Source: an uncultured Candidatus Saccharibacteria bacterium (lineage in GTDB: Bacteria; Patescibacteriota; Saccharimonadia; Saccharimonadales; Saccharimonadaceae). Taken from it: a stretch of DNA of 64,000 nucleotides. A program made the position numbers and the translations under genes. The stretch is taken from the NCBI GenBank assembly GCA_964581595.1, contig CAZOPB010000004.1, positions 12,018 to 76,017 of the forward strand, in the 5' to 3' direction. Below are positions 52,558-61,822 of the stretch, piece after piece (the first letter of the stretch is position 1; each line of letters begins with the position of its first letter). The notes below the pieces were generated by a model. It saw nothing but the letters and a program-made list of their open reading frames with translations. It ran no database searches and was not told the DNA's origin.

Positions 52558-53514
52558 GTGCAATTACCACAAGAATTAGTCCGGATGCTTAAATTTCTAG
52601 AAAATGGAGGGTATTTTATCATGTTCAAACCGCTGACGAAATTCCTTGACGGAGCACTGAAAGTGCTGGTGTGGGGACTACTGGGGATAGCGCTCCTGCT
52701 CGCCTTGGTTTCCTGCTCTGCATTGGAGACGTCAAAAGATAACCAGCAGCAGAATACGCAGACGGCGCAAGATCAGATTGCGGAAGATCGGAGGAAGCAC
52801 GTCTTTGCGGCAGATGAGACGATTGATCCGCCGGCTACAGATTCACCGGTTACGGCGGAGCAAACACGGTTTTATCCGGACTTGCCTGCCGAGGTTGAGG
52901 CGGAAGCGGATAGACGCTATTGCTACGAGCTTGGTAAAGATGGCACATTGCTTCGTACGTCCGAGTCTGTCCAGCGCTATAAAGATGAGCATCTTATGCA
53001 GGAATGGGCTCGCGGCGAACTGCCAAAGGAGCGGTTCTTGATGACGCGAGTCGATAAAAACATCTACCTGGTGGAGGATAACGAGCTGATACAGCTAAAC
53101 CTGGACGGGACGGCGAACGTGATTTCTGATGAAGTAATGGACGTCGACGTACCATACGCCGGATATATTCGAGCGCTATATTTTCAGAACGATGCGCTGA
53201 CCTGGTGGAGCCACGATGACTATGGCACCAGAACGACATTAGTAGCTGACGGATTAGAAGACGTGGAAGAAGCTGGTTTTGGTTGCAGTTCTGTGTTAGT
53301 TACAAAGTCGGATGGAACTTACGTCTGGCTGCGCTCGACTTATGAAGGTGAATTTAACGACAACCAGCTTTATACATTCTGCAGAATTGGCAAATCGCAG
53401 AGCATCGAGTATTGGCGAGAAGTATGGAACGACTATGCGACATTTTTCTCTCAGGCGCCGTGTTTGAGCGAGTTTATCGCCTACTGTACTACGCCAATGT
53501 ATTCCTTCTCATGA
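52558..53514 (+). CDS. lipoprotein, hypothetical
   Basis: The signal peptide with lipobox is VLVWGLLGIALLLALVSC. Either a GTG at 52558 (behind GGAGGAGG) or an ATG at 52621 (behind GGAGGG) is the start. No family recognised. Confidence 0.6.
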   Translation: MQLPQELVRMLKFLENGGYFIMFKPLTKFLDGALKVLVWGLLGIALLLALVSCSALETSKDNQQQNTQTAQDQIAEDRRKHVFAADETIDPPATDSPVTAEQTRFYPDLPAEVEAEADRRYCYELGKDGTLLRTSESVQRYKDEHLMQEWARGELPKERFLMTRVDKNIYLVEDNELIQLNLDGTANVISDEVMDVDVPYAGYIRALYFQNDALTWWSHDDYGTRTTLVADGLEDVEEAGFGCSSVLVTKSDGTYVWLRSTYEGEFNDNQLYTFCRIGKSQSIEYWREVWNDYATFFSQAPCLSEFIAYCTTPMYSFS

Positions 53515-53523
53515 TTGCAAAGT

Positions 53524-53552
53524 ACCCCGGGTTTGCACGCCCGGGGTCTTTT
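53524..53552. terminator. intrinsic terminator between convergent genes
   Basis: ACCCCGGG-tttgcacg-CCCGGGGT followed by CTTTT. Confidence 0.75.
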
Positions 53553-53574
53553 CTATACTATTATGCTATGGCAG

Positions 53575-53934
53575 CTACTTACTAGCCTTTTTCTTGCTAT
53601 TTTTAGCTGCTTCGTCGGCGACAGCCTCGGCAACAGCCTCGTTCACTACTTCCCTAGCGGCGGCTTCGGCGGCGTCCTCTTCGGCGTATTTACGCTCCTG
53701 TTTCTCGATAACACGATTAGCAAAGGTCTTGACAATACCGCCAACTGAAGTCATGCCCTTGACATTATCGACGATGTCATCAGCTTTGGTCGCAATAGTC
53801 TGACCAGTTTGGACAATTTTTTTGGCTTCTTCGGCAAGATAAATGAGTTTAATCGCCAAAACAATGCCGGCAACCAAGAAGATAAATAGCGCGACCGAGA
53901 GAATTACTACTAAAATCCATTCTACAGTGGTCAT
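53575..53934 (-). CDS. DUF948-like membrane-anchored coiled-coil protein
   Basis: An N-terminal TM helix (ILVVILSVALFIFLVAGIVLAI) is followed by LAEEAKKIVQTGQTIATKADDIVDNVKG, as in DUF948/YtxH-type stress proteins. Confidence 0.55.
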   Translation of the reverse strand: MTTVEWILVVILSVALFIFLVAGIVLAIKLIYLAEEAKKIVQTGQTIATKADDIVDNVKGMTSVGGIVKTFANRVIEKQERKYAEEDAAEAAAREVVNEAVAEAVADEAAKNSKKKASK

Positions 53935-53936
53935 GA

Positions 53937-54812
53937 TTACTCCTTAACCATTTGCTTGACGTCTTTGGCGTAATCTTCGTTGTCGAGGACGTAGCGAAGA
54001 TGGGCGAGGAAATAATTCTTCGGATCACCAGTGGTCATCCAATTGCCGCTGGTCTTCTTGACGTAAACGCGGCCAGTAGGAATGAGGCTGGCGATGGCAT
54101 CGGCAGTCCAGAGCTCATTATCAAGGCCGGTATTCTTCGGCTTGAGGAAGTCGAAAACTTCTGGCGTGAGTAAGTAACGGCCGTAGGAGGCAAGGTCGGA
54201 TGGAGCATCCTCCGGATCAGGCTTTTCGACCATACCCTTGATACGCATGCTACCATCATCTTCAAGAGAGACGGAGGCGTACTTCTTGATTTCTTCATGC
54301 GGAACTTGCTGAGCGGCGATGATAGCGGCGGCCTCAGGATAATCTTTTTGCGCGTCGATAAGCTCTTTGGTGGCAGATTTACCAAAAACTACATCGTCGG
54401 AATAAACCACGATGAAAGCTTCGTCGTCTTGGATAAAATGACGCGCGGAGGCAACCGGCGAACCATTACCATATGGCAAAGACAAATCTTGTTCAATAAT
54501 GACAATCTTTGGCAATTCAGTAAGCTTATCGACAGGGGCATAGCGATCATCTTTGCCCTGACTATGAAGCTGTTTCTTGATCTTAACTGCGGCACTATTA
54601 AAGTAATCCTCGTAAATAGGCTTACTCTCGGCGGTAGTGACGATAATGATCGTCTCAATGCCAGCTTCGGCGCATTCTTCGACTACGAGCTGCATGATAG
54701 GCTTGGCGCCAATCGGCAACATGCCCTTTGGTACAGTCTTAGTGATTGGTAGATAACGACTAGCGCAACCAGCGTCAGTGATGATTGCTTTAGTTGGTGT
54801 ACGATATTTCAT
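53937..54812 (-). CDS. galU: UTP--glucose-1-phosphate uridylyltransferase
   Basis: KAIITDAGCASRYLPITKTVPKGMLPI (the G-x-G-x-R-x-LP-x-TK loop) and VEKP are present, and the length fits. Confidence 0.85.
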   Translation of the reverse strand: MKYRTPTKAIITDAGCASRYLPITKTVPKGMLPIGAKPIMQLVVEECAEAGIETIIIVTTAESKPIYEDYFNSAAVKIKKQLHSQGKDDRYAPVDKLTELPKIVIIEQDLSLPYGNGSPVASARHFIQDDEAFIVVYSDDVVFGKSATKELIDAQKDYPEAAAIIAAQQVPHEEIKKYASVSLEDDGSMRIKGMVEKPDPEDAPSDLASYGRYLLTPEVFDFLKPKNTGLDNELWTADAIASLIPTGRVYVKKTSGNWMTTGDPKNYFLAHLRYVLDNEDYAKDVKQMVKE

Positions 54813-54844
54813 AAGGTCTCCTTAAGTCTTAATTATACCACACC

Positions 54845-55462
54845 CTATTCTTTCTTACTAGGCTTCCTGGCACGATGGGCGGCCTTGGCGGCGATAGAGC
54901 GAGCCTCACGGTCCTCAACGCTCTGCTCGCGATTGTGGCGGCCATAGATAAGGCTAGATACGCCAAAGATTAGCATGTAAGCACCAAAGAAGCGCAAGAA
55001 ATCAACGTTGGCGAGATGGCCAGAGTTGAAAATGACAAAGCCAAAGATAATGCCGGCAATACCACAAAGAACCCAAATGAAGCGATCGGTCGGATCGACG
55101 GTAGTGCGAAAGCCAATAATAATCTCAAAAATCCCACGCAGAGCTGTATAGGCGGCAAGTAGAGACAAGTGCCAAACCATGCCTTGACTAGAGACAAAGA
55201 GCAAGGCTAGACCAAAACCGGCATCAAAAATGGCCACTAAAGTAGAGACCAACCAGCCTTCTTTGTGATGGCTACGATATAGAGAATTAGCAAATTCGAC
55301 AACTGCTAAAGACAAAAGAAAGATACCAATTAATGGGATTAAGCCATTTGACGTTTCATTGGATGTGAAGAGCGTCAAACAGCCAAAAAGTAAAGTGATC
55401 GCTCCCTGAAAGATGAATACCAGCCAATGGCTATCTATATATTTACGCTTGATCTGCGCCAT
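54845..55462 (-). CDS. HdeD/DUF308-like membrane protein
   Basis: There are six hydrophobic helices with the WLVFIFQGAITLLFG pattern. AGGAGG lies upstream. Confidence 0.55.
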   Translation of the reverse strand: MAQIKRKYIDSHWLVFIFQGAITLLFGCLTLFTSNETSNGLIPLIGIFLLSLAVVEFANSLYRSHHKEGWLVSTLVAIFDAGFGLALLFVSSQGMVWHLSLLAAYTALRGIFEIIIGFRTTVDPTDRFIWVLCGIAGIIFGFVIFNSGHLANVDFLRFFGAYMLIFGVSSLIYGRHNREQSVEDREARSIAAKAAHRARKPSKKE

Positions 55463-55622
55463 AATACCTCCTGTTTACTTTATTGTATCATAATATAAGA
55501 AAAATAAAGTGCTTTTGGATGAGTTTGAGCGGAAAATAGTTATGTTTTCTTAAAATAAACTTAAAATTTAGCAAATAATCAGAGGTGTAACTAAAAATAC
55601 ATGTGAAATTAGGTTGTACTCA

Positions 55623-55685
55623 TTGACTTTTTAGATAATGTATGCTATAATGGAGAGATAGACCTAAAAATCTTGTTCTTTGGGA
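55623..55685 (+). promoter_or_regulatory. promoter/leader cassette copy P2
   Basis: TTGACT (55623-55628), 17 nt, TGcTATAAT (55646-55651), then GTTCTTTGGGA (55675-55685), which runs into the SD. Confidence 0.7.
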
Positions 55686-55693
55686 GGAAAATC

Positions 55694-56224
55694 ATGAATT
55701 CGATGGGAATTGACCAGGGCAGATTGCCTAGCACTATCACGCATTTAATTAATGCAACTTACGTAGCACTACCGCAACAGTTTATGGAGCTGCTTGAGCT
55801 GAGGCCGTTTAACTATGTCCACATGGCTATTGCGTCTGACGAGACGGTAATCATTACGAAGGCCGAAAGTCAAGAGAAGCCGTACTGTACTAAGATAGAT
55901 TGGGTGAATTCAGCTCTACGAATTAACGGATCGGGAAGGATTACTCTGCCTCGGCGTTATCGGGAGCGAATGCAACTGGAAGATTCCGCGCCGCTGATTA
56001 TTTACCTTGACGAGGTGCGGCGGCGGCTGATTTTGCAGAAGCATAACCTGGTGAAATCGGCGCAAGATTGCCTAGGCGGCCTGTACGTTTTGCTGCGGGA
56101 AGAGGCACTGAATGGCACACTGACAAACGATTATGAGATATTGCGACATTTGGAAACAGCCGAGAGGTTAATCCGGGAGAGTGCCGCCAAGAAGGCCGCT
56201 CGACATAAGCGGGCAGTATCTTAA
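55694..56224 (+). CDS. hypothetical protein with SpoVT/AbrB-like (MazE/MraZ-like) segments
   Basis: The ATG at 55694 lies 6 nt after GGGAGG. INGSGRITLPRRYRERMQLEDSAPLIIYLDE resembles an AbrB-type swapped-hairpin strand-loop. A weaker first copy reads YVALPQQFMELLELRPFNYVHMAIASDETVIITK. The C-terminus is basic. Confidence 0.45.
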   Translation: MNSMGIDQGRLPSTITHLINATYVALPQQFMELLELRPFNYVHMAIASDETVIITKAESQEKPYCTKIDWVNSALRINGSGRITLPRRYRERMQLEDSAPLIIYLDEVRRRLILQKHNLVKSAQDCLGGLYVLLREEALNGTLTNDYEILRHLETAERLIRESAAKKAARHKRAVS

Positions 56225-56288
56225 CCTTCTGGATTCACAGTTTTCTCAAACCGAGCTCGGAAGGGCTCGGTTTTCTTATAGTCCTAGA

Positions 56289-57338
56289 TCAGACGTGGCG
56301 GAACTTCTTGCGGAAGGTCTCAATGAGCCAAGTAATGAGATACTTCGGGCGATTCAAGACGAGATCATGCGCAGGAGTATATTTTAGCTCTTCGACGCCA
56401 AAACCGCGTTTGAAGCAGGAGACGCCATAGAAGCGATGATGAATATCGGTCTCCTCAGTAATACCCCAAAAATTATAGCGTTTAATTCCCCGCTGACGAG
56501 CGTCGCGCATGGCTTGCATATGGAGAAGTGGCGCACCGGAATACTTGGTACCGAGCTCGCTACTGACGCCGTAGTGATAAGAAGCTTCATTGCCGTAGAA
56601 AATCATGAAATTTTGGGCCAGGATTTCGTCGCCAAGTTTTGCAGTATAGAGGACAGCCTCGCCGTGTGGAGCGAAAGCCGCAAACTGCTTAACTAGAAAA
56701 TCTTCGGAAAAAGCGACGAAGCGATGACGGCCGGCAGTCTGGAGCTCAATTTGGTAAAATTCATGAATATCATCCGGATTAGTACTGGTTTCGACGGTGA
56801 TATGATTCTTCTTGGCCTTGCGCAGAGCGCGGCGTAAGCGTTGGCGCATACCTTGCAAGATTTCGTCTTCGGATTTTTCGAGATTGAGGATACCGGCAAA
56901 TTCAACTGATAAATACATTGGAGCGCGGCGTAAGCCAAGCTGGTGCATGAGATCAAGACTATGATCTGATAGCTCAAGCTGCGGGCGGACACGCACGAAG
57001 ACGCATTTATAACGTTCACCTTCGGCAGCCATATCTTGAAATACAAAATCAACTAGCTCGCGATCATGCCAGTCGAGGATCGGGCCGCCGGCAATGGCGA
57101 GATAACGCCCACGCTTAGCATTCTCGATAACTCCCGCATAGCAACCGATGATTTCGCCGGATGCATCGCGAAAAAGCCGACGGACGACTTGGTTGCCACG
57201 GCTCTTGTAAAATTCATAAAAATCCCAAGATTGAAGGAAATTAGCTTCGGGGTGGCTAGTGACAAATTTATCCCACTCGGCACGATTTTCCGCGGTGACG
57301 ACTTGATATTTTGACTGATTTTCGATATTTTGCACCAT
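56289..57338 (-). CDS. FemAB-family peptidoglycan bridge-forming aminoacyltransferase, copy 1
   Basis: The overall FemX/FemAB pattern is present: ANFLQSWDFYEF, two GNAT-like halves, ASYHYGVSS and YNFWGI. Confidence 0.75.
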   Translation of the reverse strand: MVQNIENQSKYQVVTAENRAEWDKFVTSHPEANFLQSWDFYEFYKSRGNQVVRRLFRDASGEIIGCYAGVIENAKRGRYLAIAGGPILDWHDRELVDFVFQDMAAEGERYKCVFVRVRPQLELSDHSLDLMHQLGLRRAPMYLSVEFAGILNLEKSEDEILQGMRQRLRRALRKAKKNHITVETSTNPDDIHEFYQIELQTAGRHRFVAFSEDFLVKQFAAFAPHGEAVLYTAKLGDEILAQNFMIFYGNEASYHYGVSSELGTKYSGAPLLHMQAMRDARQRGIKRYNFWGITEETDIHHRFYGVSCFKRGFGVEELKYTPAHDLVLNRPKYLITWLIETFRKKFRHV

Positions 57339-57404
57339 TTTACTCCCTTTTGTAATTATTTTAGCATAAACTAGGCGAATTTTGGAGCGGTTTTTGGATT
57401 TTAC

Positions 57405-57455
57405 TTGACTTTTTAGCTTAAGTGTGATACAATAGAGATAGAAGGCTGTTTTTGA
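57405..57455 (+). promoter_or_regulatory. promoter/leader cassette copy P3
   Basis: TTGACT (57405-57410), 17 nt, TGaTACAAT (57428-57433), then AGGCTGTTTTTGA (57443-57455). Confidence 0.7.
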
Positions 57456-57499
57456 CGGTCTTAGCTCTCAAAAATTTTGAAGAAATGGGGTACAAAGTC

Positions 57500-58315
57500 A
57501 TGAAAACTCACAGAAAATCCAGTAAGATCCTTTCCCTGATCGCCCTGACCCTGGCGCTGGTGATGGCGCTGACGTCGACGGCTTTTGCCGCCGATAACAC
57601 CCGCTACGGCACTTATTCGGCGCCGTACACGATCACGCGCAACGGCGAAGTGGTACTGGCGACCTACGACGAGATTCGGACGGACTGGAACAACGACGGC
57701 TGTCAGCTGGATACTTGTTTCCTGACCGGCGAGTCGATGCTCAGGCGGCTGCGGCTGACTTTTAACGATGCGTACGATTTGTACGATTTTTATCAGTCGG
57801 CGGCGAACGCGAGCACGGTGGATGCCGTGATGTACGCGAAGTTCCAGTACTACGGCAATTTGCGCGCTTACCTGTCGGACACGACCTACAACCAGTATTT
57901 TGCACCGGATGGTGCGGCGATGTTGCAGAATTTGAAGGCGTCGAGCGAATACCGAAATAATGCTTCGGTGCGCTGGCTGGTGGATTCGCAGCTGCGAAAT
58001 CTGGAATCCTATTACGCTCCGGCACTGCGGCGGGCGCTGGCGTTTTTCTGCAACGAGACAATCCTGAAAAACATGAACCTCGCGCAGCTCAAGAGCATGG
58101 CAGCGGCCGTGCTGGAGACGCCGGAGTATATTCAGTTTCACAACACGCTGTTCGGCCATGACTGTAGTACAGTAGAGTCGCTGATGAAGGCGGGATATTC
58201 GCTGGATTACGTGGCGCGACTGTACAGCAATCAGGCAGAAAATGCGGTGAAGGCAATTTGGCCGGATTATGTGGACTGGATGAACAAGTACTGGCGGGCA
58301 AACCGCGCCTGGTAA
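57500..58315 (+). CDS. secreted protein, hypothetical (GC-rich gene)
   Basis: The signal peptide is MKTHRKSSKILSLIALTLALVMALTSTAFA-ADN. A promoter cassette lies upstream and a terminator downstream. GC content is visibly higher than in the flanking fem genes. Confidence 0.65.
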   Translation: MKTHRKSSKILSLIALTLALVMALTSTAFAADNTRYGTYSAPYTITRNGEVVLATYDEIRTDWNNDGCQLDTCFLTGESMLRRLRLTFNDAYDLYDFYQSAANASTVDAVMYAKFQYYGNLRAYLSDTTYNQYFAPDGAAMLQNLKASSEYRNNASVRWLVDSQLRNLESYYAPALRRALAFFCNETILKNMNLAQLKSMAAAVLETPEYIQFHNTLFGHDCSTVESLMKAGYSLDYVARLYSNQAENAVKAIWPDYVDWMNKYWRANRAW

Positions 58316-58357
58316 GCTGTTTTCGGCAAACACCCATTCGCACCTTATTTTAGCAAA

Positions 58358-58390
58358 GGGGCTTCCTGTAGAGGAGGCCCCGTTTTTTTT
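58358..58390 (+). terminator. intrinsic terminator
   Basis: GGGGCTTCC-tgtaga-GGAGGCCCC followed by GTTTTTTTT. Confidence 0.8.
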
Positions 58391-58440
58391 GAGGAGTTTT
58401 GCTAATATAGACTAACTTATCTGAAAAAGTCTCACTTCTC

Positions 58441-59439
58441 CTACAAATGCCGGGCTTTTTTGCGAATAGTCTCAACTAATAAATTGATTTGATACTTGAG
58501 TGGATTAATCACTAAATCTTGAGCCGGAACGAATTCGACGATTTCGCCACCGAAGCCTTTCTTGAAAGTGGTGACGCGGGCATAACGATGATTGGGCTGA
58601 CCAGCCGGAGCGATACCCCAGAGATTGTAACGTTTCACGCCTAGATTCTTAAGATCTCTAATTACTTGCCATTGCAAAGCGTAAGCGCCAGGGAGCTTGT
58701 GATTAAGCTCGGTCGACGCGGCTTCAAAATACTCGGCCTCATCACCGCTAATCAAGATAAGTCCATAAGCTATGGCTTCGCCTTCGGTACTTCTGGCGAT
58801 ATAAAGCCTAGCATTATCGCCGAAGCCCTCTCTCTCAGCTAAAAGCATCTTGAGATCCGGCGGGACAAAATGCTGGCGCGCGGCGGTCTCGGATTGGACT
58901 TGATGAAACTCACGAAAGCTGGATTCGTCGTTACTGTAAGAAACTTTGATGCCAAACTTGGCAGCCCGCCGGACTTCATAGCGGGTCTGACGGCGCATAT
59001 CGGCGAGGAGCTGGTCTTCACTCTTAGATAAATCAAGAATAATGGTATGCTCGGCATGAAGGTGCATAGGAGCTTTCTTAAGATTAAGCCCGCTGAGACG
59101 ATCGGAATCGTTTACTTTAAGCTGCGGGCGAATTCGCACGAAGACGCATTTTTCACGCTTGGCGATGGTGCGAATTTTTTGGAAGACATATCGCTTAGTC
59201 TCTTCATTGGTCCAGTCCATCAGAGGTCCACCGGGGATTTCGAGATAGCGGCCACGCTTGGCGTCTTTAATAATCATTTGACACCAAAAGTGTGGCGCAG
59301 AGCTCGGCTCACCAGATTCGTCGGTGAGATTATATTCGACGATAACTTTGTGCCCGACTAAACTATTGACTTTACCCCATGCGGGCGATTGAAGAAAGTT
59401 GCCCTCAGGAAATTCGCGTAAAACTTGCGACCAATTCAT
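58441..59439 (-). CDS. FemAB-family peptidoglycan bridge-forming aminoacyltransferase, copy 2
   Basis: It is paralogous to copy 1, with GNFLQSPAWGKV, AEYFEAAST and YNLWGI. A 4-nt ATGA overlap links it to the upstream DegT gene. Confidence 0.75.
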   Translation of the reverse strand: MNWSQVLREFPEGNFLQSPAWGKVNSLVGHKVIVEYNLTDESGEPSSAPHFWCQMIIKDAKRGRYLEIPGGPLMDWTNEETKRYVFQKIRTIAKREKCVFVRIRPQLKVNDSDRLSGLNLKKAPMHLHAEHTIILDLSKSEDQLLADMRRQTRYEVRRAAKFGIKVSYSNDESSFREFHQVQSETAARQHFVPPDLKMLLAEREGFGDNARLYIARSTEGEAIAYGLILISGDEAEYFEAASTELNHKLPGAYALQWQVIRDLKNLGVKRYNLWGIAPAGQPNHRYARVTTFKKGFGGEIVEFVPAQDLVINPLKYQINLLVETIRKKARHL

Positions 59440-60632
59440 ACCTCAGCCTCGTATTTACGGATGATTTGGTAGGCTTTTTGCATTTTGGCATCATTACACC
59501 AGGTGGGGATATTGATGATGTGCTGCGAGATTTCGACGGTACGGGGGCATTTGTGGGCGGGGAAATTAGCTTCATCAGCATAACGCTGCGGCGAAACTGG
59601 TGTATCGTACCAGATTTCCGTGAAATTGTAGCCGTTTTTATAAAGCTCGTCAAGGAGAAGCTGGCGGTTTTCGATAATCTTGAACTTGCGAAGTGGAGTG
59701 CGAGGGAGGTGATGAAGCTGCTGATTAGCCAACCTAGCCTGCCAATGAGTGAGACGGCAATTAAGATCCAACTCGGCGTCGGCAGAGCGCTGGACAAAAT
59801 GCAACTTGACTAAGGCTGCCATATAGAGGCGACCGAGTGGCCACCAGATGCGAGAGGTGAGACCAAAAAATGGATACCAACGATCGCGTAAACGGTCGGA
59901 GAGCCTAGGCTTTAGGAGCGGCTGAGTAGGCTTTTGACTATTACGAAAAATAACGGCACCGCCAGAAACGGTATCGATAGCCTTGCCCTTGCCAAAAGAT
60001 AGAGCAACGGCTTCACCAATAGTGCCGACTTCACGACCGTCTGGATAGCGACGACCGGCGGAATGAGCGAGGTCTTCGACGAGATAAGCATTGTATTTGC
60101 GGGCAAGATTTTCAAGCTTGGAGGCATCCCAAGTATATCCTAATGTGTTTTGTACAAGGATTATACTTCTATTGTAGCACAGATTATCAGATTTGTCAAT
60201 GGTTTTTTGCTCTACTCTGTTTTCCGTGGTAGAATCTGCAACTTCTGCGCTAGTTTTTTCGGTTTCTTGGCGGTATTTGGCTTGAAATTCGGCTAATTTG
60301 AGGCCTAATTTGCCATAATTGTATTCTAAATTGGACTTTTCGATGTCAATGAAAACTGGTTCACAGCCGGCAGCTTTGATGGCGCGGACGACAGCGATAC
60401 AGGTAAGGCCCGGCAAAATGACTGGCAAGCGCTCGCCCCTTGCGACACTTTTTATCGCAGCGCAGAGAGCGGAGCGGCCAGTGTGATAGAGGGCGACATT
60501 GCTTGGCTCGACATCATAACGCTTGGCGAGATCGCGGCGGAGCTGCTCGGAATCTTGAGCACTGCCATGCGCAAAGAGATGACGAAAGACCTGCCTTGCA
60601 GAGTAGTTAGAAGCTTGCCCCAGCGAGATCAT
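59436..60632 (-). CDS. DegT/DnrJ/EryC1/StrS-family PLP aminotransferase with an internal insertion
   Basis: LYHTGRSALCAAIK, VILPGLTCIAVVRAIKAAGCEPVFIDI, LVEDLAHSAG and SFGKGKAI (PLP Lys) are present. An insertion of about 45 aa (KYRQETEKTSAEVADSTTENRVEQKTIDKSDN) sits between them. Confidence 0.7.
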   Translation of the reverse strand: MISLGQASNYSARQVFRHLFAHGSAQDSEQLRRDLAKRYDVEPSNVALYHTGRSALCAAIKSVARGERLPVILPGLTCIAVVRAIKAAGCEPVFIDIEKSNLEYNYGKLGLKLAEFQAKYRQETEKTSAEVADSTTENRVEQKTIDKSDNLCYNRSIILVQNTLGYTWDASKLENLARKYNAYLVEDLAHSAGRRYPDGREVGTIGEAVALSFGKGKAIDTVSGGAVIFRNSQKPTQPLLKPRLSDRLRDRWYPFFGLTSRIWWPLGRLYMAALVKLHFVQRSADAELDLNCRLTHWQARLANQQLHHLPRTPLRKFKIIENRQLLLDELYKNGYNFTEIWYDTPVSPQRYADEANFPAHKCPRTVEISQHIINIPTWCNDAKMQKAYQIIRKYEAEV

Positions 60633-61822
60633 TATCGTTTCTCCTTGGCGGATGATTTCGGAGTGGTTTTGGCGGACTTTCGAGTGGAGTTCTTCGCAGA
60701 TTTAGCAGCCTTAGTAGCCTTCACAGCGGCCTTAGCTTCTTTCTGCTTAGCCTTATTGATCTTACGGGCGGTTTGTTTGCGCTTGGCGGCACGTTTCATC
60801 TTCTCGAGACGACTAATTTTGGGGACGGAAGCGCTAGTGATAACCTGGCGTCGAGGCGGGAGGTCGAGATTGGCTTTTTCGTATTCAACACCTTTAAGAT
60901 TCTCGACGATACTCTCGGCAGGTTTCTTATTTGCAGACATGGCAAGAGAAGCGGAATTCTTAGCGACGTCGGTGCCGGTAGGACCAGCGGCTTTTTTAAA
61001 GGCCATAGAGGCAGAACGGTCTTTGAGATTGGGCAGGACGGGCTCGGCGGCTTTTTTGAGCGCCATGGAGGCGGAAACTTCGGCGGTCTTAGTAACCTCT
61101 GGGTCTAGCTCGGGAACAGGCTTTTTCTCTGGGGGCTTTTTGTAGGCGCGGAGGATAGCCTTGGCGAGGTCGGCAGGATGAGTAAGATAGGGAGCATGCG
61201 CCCAGCCGACATGCATATCGAGAGTACTATCAGTAATTTTCTCGTGCATGACTTCAGCCTGGCGAGGCGGAGTGACATTATCATCTAGCCCCCAGATGAT
61301 AGAGGTGGGCACGGTGACTTTGCTAAGATCAAGCTTCTTGTCGCTCTCAAGCATATTAGACAGAGTCTGTTTCATATTCTCGGGAGCCTTAGCGTAATCG
61401 GTAGCGCCAGTGAGCTTGTGCCAAATGCGGGTGAGACCAGGGATTTTCTTGAGGAAACTGAGACGCTTAGACAAAGTGCGCGCGATATCACGACGACTAG
61501 ATTCTTCATAGACACCAGCGGCGTCGAGCAAGATTAGATGCTGTAATTTGTCTGGCTTACGGCTGCAGAGGTTTAATAAGATACGGCCGCCATTACTATG
61601 CCCAAGGGCGACAGCGCCGTCGGGAATATTACGATCAGCCCAGTCGACATATTCATCGATAGTCCAGACTTTTTTGGACTGAGTGGTAAGACCGGGGACG
61701 TGAAGCATTTCGACTTTGATTCCCTGCTTCTCAAGCAAAGCAATTGTGCGCTCCCAAGGGGCGACGGTGTACGTCCAGCCGTGGATGATATAGAGAACCG
61801 GTTTCTTCATTCGAGACCCCAT
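60632..61822 (-). CDS. alpha/beta hydrolase with a repeat-containing, Lys/Ala-rich C-terminal tail
   Basis: The nucleophile elbow is LGHSNGG, the N-terminal HGW region is present, and the His is in WAHAPY. The tail has three SASMALKKAAEP-like repeats, then KRAAKRKQTARKINKAKQKEAKAAVKATKAAKSAKN. TAATG overlap links it to degT. Confidence 0.7.
   Translation of the reverse strand: MGSRMKKPVLYIIHGWTYTVAPWERTIALLEKQGIKVEMLHVPGLTTQSKKVWTIDEYVDWADRNIPDGAVALGHSNGGRILLNLCSRKPDKLQHLILLDAAGVYEESSRRDIARTLSKRLSFLKKIPGLTRIWHKLTGATDYAKAPENMKQTLSNMLESDKKLDLSKVTVPTSIIWGLDDNVTPPRQAEVMHEKITDSTLDMHVGWAHAPYLTHPADLAKAILRAYKKPPEKKPVPELDPEVTKTAEVSASMALKKAAEPVLPNLKDRSASMAFKKAAGPTGTDVAKNSASLAMSANKKPAESIVENLKGVEYEKANLDLPPRRQVITSASVPKISRLEKMKRAAKRKQTARKINKAKQKEAKAAVKATKAAKSAKNSTRKSAKTTPKSSAKEKR

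Noticed and set aside
57461-58333. 290-aa minus-strand ORF covering the same interval as the secreted-protein gene
   Set aside because: The product is Arg/Pro/His-rich and low-complexity, as expected for the antisense frame of a GC-rich gene. The plus-strand frame has the promoter cassette, SD, signal peptide and terminator.
60483-61145. 220-aa plus-strand ORF antisense to the degT/hydrolase junction
   Set aside because: It is the mirror image of the Lys/Ala-rich tail coding region (Phe/Leu/Ala-rich). There are no start signals. It is a shadow ORF.
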